Positions 8,987 through 10,154 of a stretch of DNA of 10,154 bases are shown here, in pieces. Source of the stretch: Salpingoeca rosetta. Its lineage: Eukaryota > Protista > Choanoflagellata. The notes under the pieces are model-generated. The model ran no database searches, was not told the DNA's origin, and saw only the letters and a program-made list of their open reading frames with translations. The stretch spans positions 1,961,236 through 1,971,389 of the forward strand of contig JAWQFM010000008.1 of assembly GCA_033442325.1 (NCBI GenBank). The letters run 5' to 3'. The position numbers were made by a program, and so were the translations under genes. The stretch's first letter is position 1. Every line of letters begins with the position of its first letter.

Positions 8987-10101
8987 GTGTGTGTGTGTGT
9001 GCGCGCCCGACCTGTAAGGTAGTAGTCCTCAACAAACGGTTCGCCGCCAACAAAGCCGACAACGGTGACATCTGAGCCGGGCATGAGCACGCGGTCAGTT
9101 GGCTCAGGAATGCCAAACGCCATCCATTCCGTGTCTGAGATTGCGCCTTCAAGTGCAAACGTGATGGTGTCGCCGTCAACGTCCCACAGGAGGTTCAACT
9201 TGTCCTCCTGCAAAGTGATGCAGTTGGAGAAGGACGGGGCCTGATTGCCAGTCGTGGTGGTGGTTGCAGTTGTTGTAGTTGTAGTTGTAGTGGTGGTGGT
9301 TGTAGTCGTTGTTGTTGTCGTCGTTGTAGTTGTAGTAGACGTAGTAGTGGTGGTTGTGGTGGTGGTCGTAGTGGTAGTGGTTGTGGTGACTGTCGTGGCA
9401 ATGGGGGTTGTTGTTATGGTCGCGTTTGTTCCATTGACTGGCATGGTGGCATTGGTGCCATTAAGGGGTGTGGTTGTGCCATTCAGGGGTGTGGTTGTCG
9501 AAGCGTTGAGAGCTGGCATGGGGGTACCTGTCGTCGTTGTGGTTGTAGTTGTGGTAGAGGTAGTGGTCGTGGTCGTAGTTGTGGTAGTGGTAGTCATGGT
9601 CGTGGTCGTGGTCGTGGTAGTGGTAGTGGTAGTGGTAGTGGTTGTTGTCGTGGTTGTGGTTGTTGTTGTGGTAGTGGCTTCAGGAAGGACGATGTGGCCA
9701 AAGTTTGCCTTGAACGGCTCGCAGAAACCGGAGACGACGGGGATGTCGTCCCACGTGAGCGAGTCCTTGATGGTGACGGTGAGCGTGGTGAAGCCGTTCC
9801 CTGCAGGGATTTCCTGCGCGTTCTTCTCGATGCGAAATGTGTTCTGGCGGGCGAGGAGGTCTGATTCGGACGGTGCCGAGGTCCAATACACGGCGGGACC
9901 GTTGCCATCATAGCGGAAGTTGGTCACGCGGAACGTGCAGTCGTCAACAATCTCAAAGTCGCCTTTCCACTGGTGAGCGTACTGCGTGAACGAGCCCGTG
10001 AACCCGACAGATGGGTGGTTCGAAGTGCATGCTGCTTTGACCGCGGTTGGTGGCACAGCCAGCAGCAGCAAGGTAGCCATAAGGGCAAGAGCGCCAAGCA
10101 T
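4349..10101 (-). CDS. Cytochrome b561, DM13 and DOMON domain-containing membrane protein (Skeletor/Knickkopf/At5g54830-like), about 1135 aa; predicted exons 10101-9012, 8805-8653, 8399-8226, 7973-7810, 7512-7376, 7091-6788, 6536-6198, 5978-5802, 5480-5286, 5023-4349
   Basis: GT-AG introns with consistent phases; exons total 3408 nt, ending in TAA at 4351-4349. Signal peptide MLGALALMATLLLLAVPPTAVKA. DM13 motifs HQWKGDFEIVDDCTFRVTNFRYDGNGPAVYW...FCEPFKANFGHI and HRWRGRVTVIDDCSFMVEEFRYDGLAPAVYWW...WCEAFNALFG. DOMON motifs WMAFG...MPGSDV...DYYLTGRFQC...GVCPD...YH and GWVGLA...MLGADAVI...IWARG...YH. b561 motifs HGVLMGLGW, WFHAHVMCQ, HRTLG, WETVHWLSGR. The frame stays open to the window edge upstream of ATG 10101, so the true start could be further 5'. 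Confidence 0.9.
4470..4965 (-). other. Cytochrome b561 transmembrane domain (CYBDOM type) of the - strand gene; boundaries approximate
   Basis: Four His residues at canonical heme-ligand positions (HGVLM, HVMCQ, HRTLG, HWLSG) with hydrophobic helices, plus the RPKP loop typical of DOMON-b561 proteins. Confidence 0.88.
5114..5247. repeat. (CA)n/(CAGA)n microsatellite in intron 5285-5024 of the - strand gene
   Basis: Visible directly. Confidence 0.9.
5671..5794. repeat. (CA)n microsatellite punctuated by three AAACAAG units (higher-order repeat) in intron 5801-5481
   Basis: caaacaagcac recurs at about 5677, 5723 and 5749. Confidence 0.9.
6097..6187. repeat. (CAGA)n/(CA)n compound microsatellite in intron 6197-5979
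   Basis: Visible directly. Confidence 0.85.
6687..6782. repeat. Degenerate (TG)n tract (CA on the coding strand) in intron 6787-6537
   Basis: Visible directly. Confidence 0.85.
7666..7789. repeat. (ACACAG)n/(CA)n compound microsatellite in intron 7809-7513
   Basis: Visible directly. Confidence 0.85.
8545..8603. repeat. (CCA)n/(CAACCA)n repeat in intron 8652-8400
   Basis: Visible directly. Confidence 0.8.
8915..9001. repeat. (GT)n microsatellite (CA on the coding strand) just inside the donor of intron 9011-8806
   Basis: Near-perfect run of about 43 units. Confidence 0.95.
9253..9678 (-). repeat. Coding poly-Thr mucin-like linker: two Thr tracts flanking an Asn-sequon cluster
   Basis: ACN codon runs in the first exon of the - strand gene, located between DM13 and DOMON; codons are a mix of ACA/ACC/ACT/ACG. 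Confidence 0.9.
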
Positions 10102-10154
10102 CACCGCACCGAGGGGTGCCCTCCGGTGGCGCGGTGTTGCGGGCTGTCCAGTAC

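Noticed and set aside
15-9179. Numerous HTHT/CVCV-repeat ORFs in the track
   Set aside because: Translations of stop-free (CA)n/(TG)n intronic microsatellites, not metal-binding proteins.
9245-9913. 222-aa + strand poly-Val ORF
   Set aside because: Antisense shadow of the poly-Thr/DM13 exon.
10112-10121. 10-mer GGGCACCCCT shared in inverted orientation with 3001-3010
   Set aside because: A 10-nt match within 10 kb is expected by chance.
1-10154. CRISPR array, transposase or prokaryotic operon
   Set aside because: Repeats are simple microsatellites without unique spacers; no transposase or terminal repeats were seen; gene structure is spliceosomal.

Overview
Eukaryotic, intron-dense genomic DNA whose introns are packed with (CA)n/(TG)n microsatellites. 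This style resembles the choanoflagellate Salpingoeca rosetta, but that assignment is an inference from composition only. Manual splicing gives two convergent genes, each with a continuous GT-AG reading frame. (1) + strand, 21-3377: the 3' part (10 exons, about 318 aa) of a USP22/Ubp8-like C19 deubiquitinase; its Cys box lies upstream of the window. (2) - strand, 10101-4349: a 10-exon, about 1135-aa membrane redox protein with the order signal peptide, DM13, Thr-rich mucin-like stalk, DOMON, Skeletor/Knickkopf-type cupredoxin-like domain, second DM13, DOMON, cytochrome b561. Almost all entries in the ORF track are microsatellite or antisense artefacts. The least explained feature is a ~250-nt non-repetitive, hairpin-rich segment in the last USP intron, clamped between complementary (TG)n and (CA)n tracts. 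It is a candidate intronic ncRNA and also contains a possible 24-nt in-frame microexon.
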